NCBI GenBank assembly: GCA_037481835.1
Contig: JBBFKW010000019.1
Location: 1-56,128, forward strand
From: Desulfosoma sp.
GTDB taxonomy: Bacteria > Desulfobacterota > Syntrophobacteria > Syntrophobacterales > DSM-9756
Direction of reading: 5' to 3'
Length of the DNA stretch: 56,128 nt
The notes beneath the pieces are model-generated. The model searched no databases. It was not told where the DNA came from and saw nothing but the letters and a program-made list of their open reading frames with translations. A program made the position numbers and the translations under genes. Below are positions 8,967-18,992 of the stretch, piece by piece; the first letter of the stretch is position 1, and every line of letters starts with the position of its first letter.

Positions 8967-9781
8967 CCCCGCGCTCCCCTCTCAGTGGCCCATCCGAAGA
9001 CGCGCTCGGCGTTTCGGGTGGTCGCCCGGGCGATTTCTTCAAAGGTGCAGCCTCTCAGTTCGGCCATCTTTTGCGCCGTGTAGCGCACATAGGACGGCTC
9101 ATTGGGCTTTCCCCGAAAGGGAACCGGCGTCAGGTACGGCGCATCGGTTTCCACGAGCAGGCGGTCCAGGGGCGCCAAGCGGACGACACGCTGTTGTTCT
9201 TGGGCGTTCTTGTAGGTCACCGTGCCAGGAATGGAGAGATAGAACCCCAGGTCCAAACATCTTAGAGCGGTCTCCCAATCGCCGGAAAAGCAATGGAGCA
9301 CGCTCGGCCGAAGCCGTCCAACGTAAGGAGTCACAATTTTGAGAAAATCCTCGTGGGCCTCACGGATGTGAAAAACTGCAGGCTTGTCGCACTGCAGGGC
9401 CAGTTCCAGTTGCTGTTCCAGGCATGCACGCTGGACCGGCCGAGGCTGCCTGTCCCGGTAATAGTCCAGCCCAATCTCTCCGACGGCCACGACCTTGGGT
9501 TCGGAAGCCAAGCGGACGAAGACGTCCGCATCGCGCTCCGATAGCCGGCGAGCGCCGTGGGGATGGAGACCCACCGTAGCGTACACATGGGGGTAACGGC
9601 GGCTGAGTTCAACCGCCCGGCGGCTCGTCTTTTCGTCGATCCCGATGGTCACGACGACGGCTACGCCTGCCGCATGGCATCGTTGAAAAACCCCCTCCAA
9701 GTCGCCGGACAGTTCGGGAAAATCCAAGTGCGCATGGGTATCCACAAGCCATGCGCCGTGATCTTTTTCTTGTGTCATCAT
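8963..9781 (-). CDS. tatD: TatD family deoxyribonuclease
   Basis: DTHAHLD, GLHPH, VGEIGLDY, HCFSG, ETDAPYL; start trimmed to ATG 9781 with GGAG RBS. Confidence 0.95.
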   Translation of the reverse strand: MMTQEKDHGAWLVDTHAHLDFPELSGDLEGVFQRCHAAGVAVVVTIGIDEKTSRRAVELSRRYPHVYATVGLHPHGARRLSERDADVFVRLASEPKVVAVGEIGLDYYRDRQPRPVQRACLEQQLELALQCDKPAVFHIREAHEDFLKIVTPYVGRLRPSVLHCFSGDWETALRCLDLGFYLSIPGTVTYKNAQEQQRVVRLAPLDRLLVETDAPYLTPVPFRGKPNEPSYVRYTAQKMAELRGCTFEEIARATTRNAERVFGWATERGARG

Positions 9782-10041
9782 CTCCTTCGCTTCCTCTGGA
9801 AAAATCCGCCCGACCCGCGATCCCTTCACCGCCGCCGCTGCCGTCTGTTCGACCGCAAGCATACCTTCGGGACCGAGCGTGTGCAATGGCCTCGGCTCAC
9901 GGCGTGTCTCCGCAGCAACGGCGAGGAGGGACACCGCCCCCACTCCTTTCAAACCGGACGGCATGGAAAAATCGATACGGATTTTCACCGTAAATCCAAG
10001 GTCCTTCCCCTAAGCCCTTTCGAACCATAAATTTTTCGTTT

Positions 10042-10071
10042 TTGCCATGGTGCGGTCCGTCGGCGTAGAAT
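10042..10071 (+). promoter_or_regulatory. Putative sigma70 promoter of nrdJ
   Basis: TTGCCA-N18-TAGAAT preceded by an AT-rich tract. Confidence 0.45.
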
Positions 10072-10240
10072 GCAGTCCTCAAAAGACATGGAAACGGTTT
10101 AACAGTCAGGAAAGGCATCCCATCTTTTCCGAATCGCCCACGGGAGTTATGAAGTCATGACGGATGAGCGCGCCATGAACGCCACAGTCCAGGATAGCGC
10201 CAAGGAAATGCCCGGAAAACTCACGCCGGGAGGAGAACCC

Positions 10241-12460
10241 ATGTCGAACGTGCCGAAAAGGGCCAAGCGGGCTGCCGTCCGAACCCGGATCCCTTTGACC
10301 CCCAATGCCCTTGTCGTCATGAAGAAGCGCTACTTGAAAAAGGGGGAAAAGGGCGAACCCATCGAAACGCCCGAAGAACTCTTTCAGCGTGTGGCCAAGG
10401 CCATCGCCGAAGCCGACGCCCTGTACGGAGCGACGGAAAAGGAGGTGGCCGAAACGGCCGAACGGTTCTACGCGCTCATGACGTCTCTCGATTTCCTCCC
10501 CAACTCGCCGACCCTCATGAACGCCGGCACCGAGCTGGGTCAGCTTTCGGCGTGTTTTGTCCTACCCGTTGGGGATTCGCTGGAAGAAATCTTCGAGGCC
10601 GTGAAATACGCCGCCAAAATTCATCAAAGCGGCGGCGGGACAGGCTTTTCCTTTTCCCGGCTTCGTCCTGAAGGGGACGTGGTGAAAAGCACCAACGGCG
10701 TCGCCAGCGGCCCGGTGAGCTTCATGACCGTGTTCGATTCGGCCACAGACACGATCAAGCAAGGCGGCCGAAGGCGCGGTGCCAACATGGGGATTCTTCG
10801 GGTCGACCACCCGGACATCGAAAAGTTCATCACGTGCAAACGCGATAACGACAGACTGACCAATTTCAACATCTCGGTGGCGGTCACCGACGCCTTCATG
10901 AAGGCCGTGGAAAACGACGAAGACTACGACCTCATCAACCCGCGAACCGGCATGAAAACCAAGACGCTGCCGGCGCGCAAGGTCTTTCAGAGCATCGTTC
11001 AGTCGGCGTGGAAAAACGGCGAACCGGGCGTCATCTTCATCGATGCCATCAACCGCACCAACCCCACGCCCCACGTGGGCATGATCGAAAGCACGAACCC
11101 CTGCGGCGAACAACCGCTCCTGCCCTATGAATCCTGCAACCTGGGCTCCATCAATTTGCTCCACATGGTCCAGGACGGCGCCGTCAACTACACCCGCTTG
11201 AGGGATGTGGTCTGGGAAGCCGTGCACTTTCTCGACAATGTCATCGACGTCAACAAGTACCCCTTGGACAAAATCCGGGAAATGACCCTGGCCAACCGCA
11301 AGATCGGCCTTGGGGTCATGGGTTTCGCCGACATGCTCATGGCCTTGGACATCCCTTACGATTCGGACGAGGCGGTGGCGACGGCCGAGGAGGTCATGGC
11401 CTTCATCCAAAAGGAATCCAAGGACGCTTCGGCGGATTTGGCGAAGAAACGCGGCAATTTCCCCAACTTCAAGGGCTCCATCTACGATCCGGATCAGGGC
11501 GGCGCGTATCCCTTCATGAGGAACGCCACGACGACGACCATCGCCCCTACGGGCACCATCAGCATCCTCGCCGGCTGTTCCAGCGGTGTGGAGCCCGTTT
11601 TCGCCATTTCTTTCGTGCGCAAGGTGCTGGACGGGGAGGAACTGCTGGAAGTCCATCCCTTGTTCCAAAAGGTCGCACAGGAGCGGAAATTTTATTCCGA
11701 GAGCCTCATGAAAAAGATCGCCTCCCGGGGGAGCCTCCAGTCTTTTTCGGAAATCCCCGAGGAAGTGCGCCGCATTTTCGTCACCGCCCACGACATCAGC
11801 CCGGAGTGGCACATCCGCATCCAGGCCGCTTTTCAAAAGTTTACGGACAATGCCGTGAGCAAAACCATCAACTTCCCCAACAGCGCTACTCCGGAAGACA
11901 TTTACAACGCCTATTTTCAGGCCTTCAAGGCCGGCTGCAAGGGGCTGACCGTCTACCGGGACGGCAGCCGGGACATGCAGGTGCTCAATATCCAGAAAAA
12001 ACCCGAATTCCGTCAGGTGGAGCCCAGACCTCGGCCGGACAAGACCATCGGGGCCACGGAGCGCATCAACACGGGCTGCGGGAAGCTTTATGTCACCATC
12101 AACCGCGACGAATACGGCTTTTGCGAAGTCTTCGCCCAGATGGGAAAAGCCGGCGGGTGCGCCTACTCCCAGATCGAAGCCACCGCGCGCCTCATCTCCC
12201 TGGCGCTTCGTTCCGGCGTGCGCATCGAATCCATCATCCGGCAACTCATGGGCATTCGGTGCCCGTCGCCCATCTGGCAGAACGGGGAACAAATCCTCTC
12301 GTGCACGGACGCCATCGCCAAGGTGCTGAACCGCCACGCCCAGGCCAACGTGGCCTCGGCCTTACAGGAAATGGGGGCCTGCCCCGACTGCGGCGCCTCG
12401 GTGGAATACGACGGCGGGTGCATCGTGTGCCGGGCCTGCGGATTTTCCCGGTGCACCTAG
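10241..12460 (+). CDS. nrdJ: Class II (adenosylcobalamin-dependent) ribonucleotide reductase with C-terminal TSCPD-like and zinc-ribbon domains
   Basis: [59 protein letters not shown]-terminal CPDC...CRAC; GGAGG RBS before ATG 10241 (alternative start 10157). Confidence 0.95.
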   Translation: MSNVPKRAKRAAVRTRIPLTPNALVVMKKRYLKKGEKGEPIETPEELFQRVAKAIAEADALYGATEKEVAETAERFYALMTSLDFLPNSPTLMNAGTELGQLSACFVLPVGDSLEEIFEAVKYAAKIHQSGGGTGFSFSRLRPEGDVVKSTNGVASGPVSFMTVFDSATDTIKQGGRRRGANMGILRVDHPDIEKFITCKRDNDRLTNFNISVAVTDAFMKAVENDEDYDLINPRTGMKTKTLPARKVFQSIVQSAWKNGEPGVIFIDAINRTNPTPHVGMIESTNPCGEQPLLPYESCNLGSINLLHMVQDGAVNYTRLRDVVWEAVHFLDNVIDVNKYPLDKIREMTLANRKIGLGVMGFADMLMALDIPYDSDEAVATAEEVMAFIQKESKDASADLAKKRGNFPNFKGSIYDPDQGGAYPFMRNATTTTIAPTGTISILAGCSSGVEPVFAISFVRKVLDGEELLEVHPLFQKVAQERKFYSESLMKKIASRGSLQSFSEIPEEVRRIFVTAHDISPEWHIRIQAAFQKFTDNAVSKTINFPNSATPEDIYNAYFQAFKAGCKGLTVYRDGSRDMQVLNIQKKPEFRQVEPRPRPDKTIGATERINTGCGKLYVTINRDEYGFCEVFAQMGKAGGCAYSQIEATARLISLALRSGVRIESIIRQLMGIRCPSPIWQNGEQILSCTDAIAKVLNRHAQANVASALQEMGACPDCGASVEYDGGCIVCRACGFSRCT

Positions 12461-12475
12461 ACGGGTGAAACCCGC

Positions 12476-13138
12476 GTGGACCGACTGTCCCCCCGTGAAG
12501 CCCGCGAACTCCAAGAGCATCTGGCCGGCAGGGTGCGGCTGCAGCCCCTGCCGGCGTCCTTTTCCGTCCTGGCGGCTGCCGATCTTAGCTACATCAAAGA
12601 ATCCCGCACGCTCATCGCCGTGATCGTGACCTTTTCCTGGCCGGATCTCGTCCCCATTGAATCGGTGCACGTCTCGGGCCCGATCCGCTTTCCCTACGTG
12701 CCGGGCCTGCTGAGCTTCCGCGAAATTCCGGCCATACTCCAAGCTTATGAACGCCTTCGACGCCCTCCGGACGTGTTCCTCTGCGACGGCCAGGGCCTGG
12801 CCCATCCGCGCCGTTTCGGCCTTGCGTGCCATCTGGGCGTCCTGCTGGAACTGCCCACGGTGGGGTGTGCCAAAACGAGATTGTGCGGCGACCATGCGCC
12901 GTTGGGACCTTTGCGTGGCGATAGGCAGCCTCTCCTGCTGGACGGGGCCCACGTGGGATACGTCTACCGGTCCAAAACCCGGGTGAAACCCCTTTACGTC
13001 TCGCCGGGCCACCTGGCCGATTGCGACTCGGCCCTCGGTCTCGTGGAGCGCTGCCTTGGCCGATACCGCATTCCCGAACCGTTGCGCATGGCCCACCATG
13101 CCGCGACAATGCTTCGTCAAACAGCCCGCCTTTCATGA
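12476..13138 (+). CDS. nfi: Endonuclease V
   Basis: FPYVPGLLSFRE, DGQGLAHPRRFGLACH, GCAK, YVSPGH, RIPEPLR. Confidence 0.96.
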   Translation: MDRLSPREARELQEHLAGRVRLQPLPASFSVLAAADLSYIKESRTLIAVIVTFSWPDLVPIESVHVSGPIRFPYVPGLLSFREIPAILQAYERLRRPPDVFLCDGQGLAHPRRFGLACHLGVLLELPTVGCAKTRLCGDHAPLGPLRGDRQPLLLDGAHVGYVYRSKTRVKPLYVSPGHLADCDSALGLVERCLGRYRIPEPLRMAHHAATMLRQTARLS

Positions 13139-13319
13139 CGGTGAAGGCTTAGGGCGCCATCCGGAGCATAGCCCATAGGCGTTCGAACCTGCCCAGAGGG
13201 GCTTGGCTCCAAGCCGGCGATCGGGTTATGCACACCTATCGATCAAGGACCGGCGGTTTTTTGCGAAGAAAAGAGGCGTGGGACCGCGCGTTCCCCCAGA
13301 GCATCCTCGAGAGGCTGCC

Positions 13320-13787
13320 GTGAAGATATTGGCCAGAGAAGTCATGAGCACGGATTTCGAGACGTTGAAACCCGACCTTCCCTTGAGCGAAGCCGTGCAG
13401 GCTTTTCGGCGGGCCAGTGCCAAAGGGCGGAAAATTTTCGGCATGATGGTCACCGACGAGCGCAATCGTCTCATCGGGATGCTATCCATGTACGATATTC
13501 TCCTTTTCATGCGCCCGAAGCATATTCACATCTGGGGGCACATGGACGATATCGACGTGGAAGGCATCATGGACGTGGCCTGTGAAAGGGCTCGAACCAT
13601 AAGGGTCGGCGACATCATGACCACGGAAGTCGTCACGGTGACCCCTGACACCCATGTGCTGCGTGTCATGGACCTGATGATCAAGAAACACATCCGGCGC
13701 CTGCCGGTTCTGGATCAGGGCGAAATCCGAGGCATTATTTACATATCGGATCTGTTTTACGATCTGTTGGAACGCCTGTCTGTGTGA
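13320..13787 (+). CDS. CBS-domain pair protein
   Basis: AREVMS...VTDERNRLIGMLSMYDI and VGDIMTTEVVTVTPD...IRRLPVLDQGEIRGII; GTG start. Confidence 0.88.
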   Translation: MKILAREVMSTDFETLKPDLPLSEAVQAFRRASAKGRKIFGMMVTDERNRLIGMLSMYDILLFMRPKHIHIWGHMDDIDVEGIMDVACERARTIRVGDIMTTEVVTVTPDTHVLRVMDLMIKKHIRRLPVLDQGEIRGIIYISDLFYDLLERLSV

Positions 13788-13812
13788 CGCTTTCGCCTCA
13801 AGGAATCCATCC

Positions 13813-14709
13813 ATGCATCGCGAGGCATCCAAAGACACGCTGAGTCGCCTTCGGGTGGTCCATGCCATGCGCCGGCAGGTCATCCAGAGGCCGGAACGGG
13901 CCTCCATCGCCTCTGCCGTCAACGCCCTCATCAAATACAAAGTCAGCGCCACCCTGGTGACCGATCCCGAGGGAAAACCGGTGGGTGTGGTTTCCAAGAC
14001 CGACATCATGGGGGCCTACTATGCGGGAGTGCCCGTAAACGCCCCTTTGGAGCAGATCATGAACGGGCCCCCTTTGTTTTGCCAGCCGGACACGTCCTTG
14101 TCGCGAGCCTTGGAAATCATGCGCGCTAGGGCCGTTTACCGGCTTTTTGTCCGGGACAATGAAAACGGGCCCGTTGAGGGCCTTCTCGCCTATCCCGACA
14201 TTGTCGGTCTCCTGTACAGGATATGCCGAAACTGCGAAATCAGCCTGCACCGCCGACGCGCTCAGCCTCTGTCGGACACCGTTGTGCGCTATCGCGTCTC
14301 CGAAGTCATGACGCCGGGCGTCCAAGCTGTGAACGAGGAAGCGTCCCTTTACAGCGTCATGGAGACGCTTTCCGCCTATCGCTTCGGAGCTCTTCTGGTG
14401 ACCGACGGCGCAGGCGCACCCCGAGGGGTGGTCTCAAAAACGGATCTCGCCCTGGCTTATCGGCGCGGCACGGCACCCGACGTGCCGGTTCGACAGGTTA
14501 TGACCCCGGCGGTTTGCGGGTGCCCGGCGCAGGCCCCATTGGAACATGCCATTCGTCAGATGATTTTTAGTGATGTTCATCGTCTGTTCGTGCACGATCA
14601 AGACCCGGAACGTATTGTGGGCACTCTGTCCCTATCCGATGCCGCCCGGGTGCGTTCGGGGTCGTGCCATGCCTGCGTGAGCAGCCGCATCCGGCTGGAA
14701 TCCCTGTAG
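13813..14709 (+). CDS. Four-CBS-domain protein with two CxxC motifs
   Basis: Two CBS pairs (GVVSKTDI, GLLAYPDI, GVVSKTDL, GTLSLSD), each followed by CxxC (CRNC, CHAC). Confidence 0.85.
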   Translation: MHREASKDTLSRLRVVHAMRRQVIQRPERASIASAVNALIKYKVSATLVTDPEGKPVGVVSKTDIMGAYYAGVPVNAPLEQIMNGPPLFCQPDTSLSRALEIMRARAVYRLFVRDNENGPVEGLLAYPDIVGLLYRICRNCEISLHRRRAQPLSDTVVRYRVSEVMTPGVQAVNEEASLYSVMETLSAYRFGALLVTDGAGAPRGVVSKTDLALAYRRGTAPDVPVRQVMTPAVCGCPAQAPLEHAIRQMIFSDVHRLFVHDQDPERIVGTLSLSDAARVRSGSCHACVSSRIRLESL

Positions 14710-14764
14710 CCGGGTTCGATTCTTTCCAGGCGCACAAAGACTTCTTCAGTCGGGAGGCTGATGC

Positions 14765-15892
14765 GTGTCCACGGTCATTGTGGCGAAAGAGGATCTGGGG
14801 CGGATTTTTGAGAATCTCAAAGCCGCCTTCCGGGTCATCGGCCCTGTCTTGGAAGGCGACGTGGTGGTGCTCGGAGAACTTGACGATCTCGCCCGGATGC
14901 CCTCCGGCCGTCGAGACCGCCAGGGGCCGGGCATGTATCGCCTCGGCGACGTGACGGACTCGAAAATTTTTTCTTTTTCCATCGGGCCGGATTCCTTCAA
15001 ACGTTTCCTTCACCCGCCCCTGCGGGAAGAATACACCTTTAAAAAGTCCAAGAAACGCCTCCAGATCCAGGCCATTCCCCCGAGCGGCCATGATATGAGG
15101 ACGGCCTTTTTCGGCATGCGCGCCTGCGATCTTGCCGCCCTGAAACTTCTTGACAAGGTCTTCCTGAAAGGTCCCGTCCAGGACAACCATTACGCACTGT
15201 TGAGGCAAAACGCCTTTATCGTCGCCGTCCCGTGCGTGAGGCCCGGAGACAATTGCTTTTGCAGCTCCATGCATACCGGGCCGGACGTTCGCGATGGTTA
15301 CGACTTGTCGCTTACGGAACTGGACGGATTTTTCGTCGTCGAAACCGGCAGTGCCGAGGGAAAGGCACTCCTCGACGGGGTGCCCGCACGGCCTGCAGGT
15401 CCGGACGAAGAGGCGCAGAAGGCCGCCACGCTGGATCGGTGCCGAGAACTCATGAAAAAATCCATCAACGTGCGGGCGTTGCCTCGGGTCATTGACAACA
15501 ACCTGGACCATCCCCGATGGGCGGACATTGCGGCCCGGTGCCTCGGGTGCGGCAACTGCACCCAGGTCTGCCCCACATGCTTTTGCACCACCGGCTACGA
15601 TCACATCCCGCTTTCGTGCCTTTCCCGGAAAACATCTGAACGATGCGGATCCAGGCGACGGGCCTGGGATTCGTGTTTTTCCATCAACTTCGCCCGGGTG
15701 CACGGCGGCAATTTCAGGCCCTCTCGAAGGGCCCGCTTCCGGCAATGGATGGCTCACAAGCTGGCTTACTGGATCCATCAATTCGGCACCCCGGGCTGCG
15801 TCGGGTGCGGCCGCTGCATCACATGGTGCCCGGTGGGTATCGACCTGACTCAGGAACTGGAAGCGCTTTCCGCCACGAGGACCGCCCCATGA
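14765..15892 (+). CDS. hydB: Group 3b [NiFe]-hydrogenase (sulfhydrogenase) beta subunit, 4Fe-4S dicluster
   Basis: GMRACD, CFC, CLGCGNCTQVCPTCFC, CVGCGRCITWCPVGID. Confidence 0.9.
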   Translation: MSTVIVAKEDLGRIFENLKAAFRVIGPVLEGDVVVLGELDDLARMPSGRRDRQGPGMYRLGDVTDSKIFSFSIGPDSFKRFLHPPLREEYTFKKSKKRLQIQAIPPSGHDMRTAFFGMRACDLAALKLLDKVFLKGPVQDNHYALLRQNAFIVAVPCVRPGDNCFCSSMHTGPDVRDGYDLSLTELDGFFVVETGSAEGKALLDGVPARPAGPDEEAQKAATLDRCRELMKKSINVRALPRVIDNNLDHPRWADIAARCLGCGNCTQVCPTCFCTTGYDHIPLSCLSRKTSERCGSRRRAWDSCFSINFARVHGGNFRPSRRARFRQWMAHKLAYWIHQFGTPGCVGCGRCITWCPVGIDLTQELEALSATRTAP

Positions 15893-16746
15893 GCTATGAC
15901 CTTGCCGTGCCGTTCGAGGCGACCGTGCGGTGGATCAAAAAGGAAACGCGCGATACCGCCACGTATGCCTTAAAGATCAACGCCCGAGACATCGCCAAGG
16001 CTTATGCCTTTCAGCCGGGCCAGTTCAATATGCTGTGCGTGCCGGGCATCGGCGAGGCGCCCATTTCCATCAGTTCCGCCCCCTCGGACCATGAAATCCT
16101 CCATACCGTGCGGGTTGCCGGCGACGTGACCACCCACTTGTCCCGGCTGAGCCCCGGGGATGTCATCGGCATGCGAGGGCCTTTCGGAAACAGTTGGCCT
16201 CTCGAGGAAGTGGAAGACCGGGATCTCTTGATCATCGCCGGCGGCCTGGGCATTGCCCCATTGAGGTCCGTCATCCGGCACATCCTTTCCGAGGGACGGA
16301 GCAAAAAGTCCTCGGCATGCCCTCTTCCCGGAAGAAAATTCATCCTCTACGGGGCCAAGACTCCCAAGGACATCGTCTTTCGCGATGAGTTCCCTCGATA
16401 CAAGGACACCTTCCAGGTTTGGCTGACGGTGGACAAGGCGGACCCGGAAGAAACGTGGAAGGGGGAAGTGGGCCTCATCCCGGCGCTCATGAAGCACGTC
16501 TCCTTCAATCCCCTCAAGAGCATCGTTTTTATGTGCGGGCCCGAAGTCATGATGCACATCCTGGCCAAAGACCTCACCGCTCGAGGCATCCCGGCGGAAA
16601 AAATCTTTATTTCCATGGAAAGAAACATGAATTGCGGGATGGGCTTTTGCGGTCATTGTCTGTTCGGGCCCGTTTTCGTCTGCAAGGACGGCCCCATCTT
16701 TCGGCTCAGCCAAATCGCCGAATTTTGGGATATCCGAGAAATCTAG
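15889..16746 (+). CDS. hydG: Group 3b hydrogenase gamma subunit, FAD/NAD(P)-binding with 2Fe-2S
   Basis: PGQFNML, GEAPISISS, RGPFGN, AGGLGIAPL, CGPEVMM, ERNMNCGMGFCGHC...CKDGP. Confidence 0.92.
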   Translation: MSYDLAVPFEATVRWIKKETRDTATYALKINARDIAKAYAFQPGQFNMLCVPGIGEAPISISSAPSDHEILHTVRVAGDVTTHLSRLSPGDVIGMRGPFGNSWPLEEVEDRDLLIIAGGLGIAPLRSVIRHILSEGRSKKSSACPLPGRKFILYGAKTPKDIVFRDEFPRYKDTFQVWLTVDKADPEETWKGEVGLIPALMKHVSFNPLKSIVFMCGPEVMMHILAKDLTARGIPAEKIFISMERNMNCGMGFCGHCLFGPVFVCKDGPIFRLSQIAEFWDIREI

Positions 16747-16793
16747 GACGACGGGGCCGCCACGCCCAAGGTTGCTGGGGAGCGGGAAAAACC

Positions 16794-17558
16794 ATGAAAA
16801 GACCGAGGATCGGCGTTTTTAAGTTTACGTCCTGCGACGGATGCCAGCTCAGCCTCCTCAACTTGGAAGACGACCTCTTGGGGCTGGTGGACCTCTTCGA
16901 TGTGGCCTATTTCCGTGAGGCGACGGACAAGCCGCTCAAGGGCAAGTTCGATCTTGCGCTGGTGGAAGGATCCGTGTCCACGGAACGGCAAAGGGACGAG
17001 ATCGTGGATGTGCGGGATCGGTCGCGGATTCTCATCGCCCTCGGGGCCTGCGCCGTTTCAGGCGGCCTGCAGGCCTTAAGAAACTGGGCAAGCCTGTCGT
17101 CCTACACCCACCTCGTATACCCGTCGCCCCTGGACGTCCGCGCCCTGTCCACGTCCACTCCCATTTCCGATCATGTTTACGTCGATTTCGAATTGTGGGG
17201 GTGCCCCATCAGCACGAGCGCCCTTGCGGAAACCCTGACGGCGTTTCTCCTGGGCAGGAGGCCGGCGATCCGGGGATACAGCCTGTGCATGGAATGCAAG
17301 AGGCGCGGCATCCCCTGCATTTTGGTGTCTCGAGGAGAACCCTGCCTGGGGCCGGTGACCCGCACCGGGTGTGAGGCCCTCTGCCCGTCCTTCGGGAGGC
17401 CCTGCTATGGGTGTTTCGGCCCCAAGGAAGACGCCAACGTGGAATCGCTCATGCGGCACTTTCAAAATATGGGACTCACGGCCAAGGAGTGCCTGGCGCT
17501 CCTGGACAAGATGAATTCTTACACCTACAGGAAGGCGCACCTTGAAAGTCGATCGTAA
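16794..17558 (+). CDS. hydD: Group 3b hydrogenase delta (small) subunit
   Basis: SCDGCQ, VEGS, GACA, GCP, CMEC...C...CLGPVT..GC...CP...CYGC. Confidence 0.92.
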   Translation: MKRPRIGVFKFTSCDGCQLSLLNLEDDLLGLVDLFDVAYFREATDKPLKGKFDLALVEGSVSTERQRDEIVDVRDRSRILIALGACAVSGGLQALRNWASLSSYTHLVYPSPLDVRALSTSTPISDHVYVDFELWGCPISTSALAETLTAFLLGRRPAIRGYSLCMECKRRGIPCILVSRGEPCLGPVTRTGCEALCPSFGRPCYGCFGPKEDANVESLMRHFQNMGLTAKECLALLDKMNSYTYRKAHLESRS

Positions 17559-18831
17559 GGTCATCCGCGTCGACTCCCTGTCGCGGGTCGAGGGCGAAGG
17601 CGGCATTGTCCTTGAAATTCGCGATGGCACGGCCACCCAGGTTAAAGTGACCATCTTCGAAGCCCCGCGCTTCTTCGAAGGCTTTCTGCGGGGCCGGTCC
17701 CATGCGGAAGTGCCCGACTTTACGGCAAGGATTTGCGGCATCTGCCCCGTGGCCTACCAAATGTCTTCCGTGCATGCCATGGAAAAGATCTTCGGCGTCC
17801 GTGTGGACCCTTCCGTTCGCGACTTGAGAAGGCTGCTGTACTGCGCCGAATGGATCGAAAGCCACGCGCTTCACATTTATCTGCTGAACGGGCCCGATTT
17901 TTACGGGCTTGAAAGCGCGTGGGCATCCAAGGATTACCTTCCCATCCTCACCCGTGGGCTCGGTTTCAAGAAGCTGGGAAACGGCCTCCTGGCCCTGCTC
18001 GGCGGCCGGTCCGTGCACCCCGTTTCCGTTTGCGTCGGCGGTCTCACACAGGTGCCCCGAAAAAAAGAGCTGAGGGCCTTTTTGCCCGAGGTGGAAAAAG
18101 CCTATGAGGCCTCTTTAAAAGAAATCGCCTGGGCGGCGGCTTTGCCCTTTCCCGAACCCGATCTTGACACGGCATGGGTTTCCCTCGTCCACGACGAGGA
18201 ATACCCCATGAACGAGGGGCTTATGGGTTGTTCAAAAGGAAATCCCATGCCCATGGAGGATTTCCTGAGCGCCGTGCAGGAATACCAGGTGGGCCACTCC
18301 ACGGCGCTCCATGCCGGCGTGCGGGGTGATTCAGGCCTCGAACCTTACCTGGTGGGCCCCATATCCCGGCTGAATCTGAACCATGACAAACTCCCCATGG
18401 AAATTCAAGGTGCTATGAAATCTTCAAGTATCGCCGTGCCAATCAGGAACACGCGGATGGCCATTGCGGCGCGGACCGTGGAACTGGCCTACGCCTTGTA
18501 CGAAGCGGCGCGGCTGATTCGGCGTTACGAAGAACCCGAAAAGACCTGCGCGCCCTACGAACCTACGGCCGGCGAAGCCGTATGGGTCACTGAAGCGCCC
18601 CGAGGCAGCCTCCTTCATCGCTATCGAGTGGACGAGGCCGGTTACGTTGACAGTTGCACCATCCTCCCCCCCACATCCCAGAACCTGGCCCACATGGAAA
18701 AGGACTTGCGCCTTTTTGTGGAACGCTTCGCCGATAAACCTTCCGATTGGATCCGCAAGGAAGCGGAAAAAATCGTCCGATGCTACGATCCGTGCATCTC
18801 CTGCGCCGTGCACGTGATCCGAGTGTCTTGA
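17542..18831 (+). CDS. hydA: Group 3b [NiFe]-hydrogenase alpha (large) subunit
   Basis: RVEGEG, L1 motif RICGICPVAY, EAPRG, L2 motif DPCISCAVH plus 5-aa tail VIRVS. Confidence 0.95.
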   Translation: MKVDRKVIRVDSLSRVEGEGGIVLEIRDGTATQVKVTIFEAPRFFEGFLRGRSHAEVPDFTARICGICPVAYQMSSVHAMEKIFGVRVDPSVRDLRRLLYCAEWIESHALHIYLLNGPDFYGLESAWASKDYLPILTRGLGFKKLGNGLLALLGGRSVHPVSVCVGGLTQVPRKKELRAFLPEVEKAYEASLKEIAWAAALPFPEPDLDTAWVSLVHDEEYPMNEGLMGCSKGNPMPMEDFLSAVQEYQVGHSTALHAGVRGDSGLEPYLVGPISRLNLNHDKLPMEIQGAMKSSSIAVPIRNTRMAIAARTVELAYALYEAARLIRRYEEPEKTCAPYEPTAGEAVWVTEAPRGSLLHRYRVDEAGYVDSCTILPPTSQNLAHMEKDLRLFVERFADKPSDWIRKEAEKIVRCYDPCISCAVHVIRVS

Positions 18832-18888
18832 CACCCTAACCTTCTGCAGTCCCTTCACCTTTTATCCTGGATCTTTTTCGGCGACGAA

Positions 18889-18941
18889 TCGTCACAAAGG
18901 CTTCACCGTCGTGTCATGAAACGCCTTCTTCAGCGTGTCAT
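18889..18941 (+). promoter_or_regulatory. Pho-box-like direct repeats (OmpR/PhoB type)
   Basis: GTCAC at 18891, TTCAC at 18902 and GTCAT at 18913 are spaced exactly 11 bp; a further GTCAT at 18937. Confidence 0.55.
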
Positions 18942-18992
18942 AAGCCTCCCGAAAGGAAATTCATTTTTTCTCTCACCAAAAAGGAGGCCTGC

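Noticed and set aside
9790..10240. Cobalamin riboswitch or NrdR box upstream of nrdJ
   Set aside because: No B12-box core or NrdR palindrome was recognisable by eye; an Rfam scan would settle it
10562..12337. Long antisense ORFs (also 29956-31740, 53152-54981, 7545-9083, 49410-50813, 37560-38945)
   Set aside because: They are shadows of well-supported genes on the opposite strand, expected from high-GC codon bias, and carry no recognisable motifs
10241..12460. Intein or intron in nrdJ
   Set aside because: Length and motif spacing are normal, with no splice-junction or homing-endonuclease motifs
17542..18831. Selenocysteine-containing hydrogenase
   Set aside because: All four metal-binding positions are Cys codons and there is no in-frame TGA
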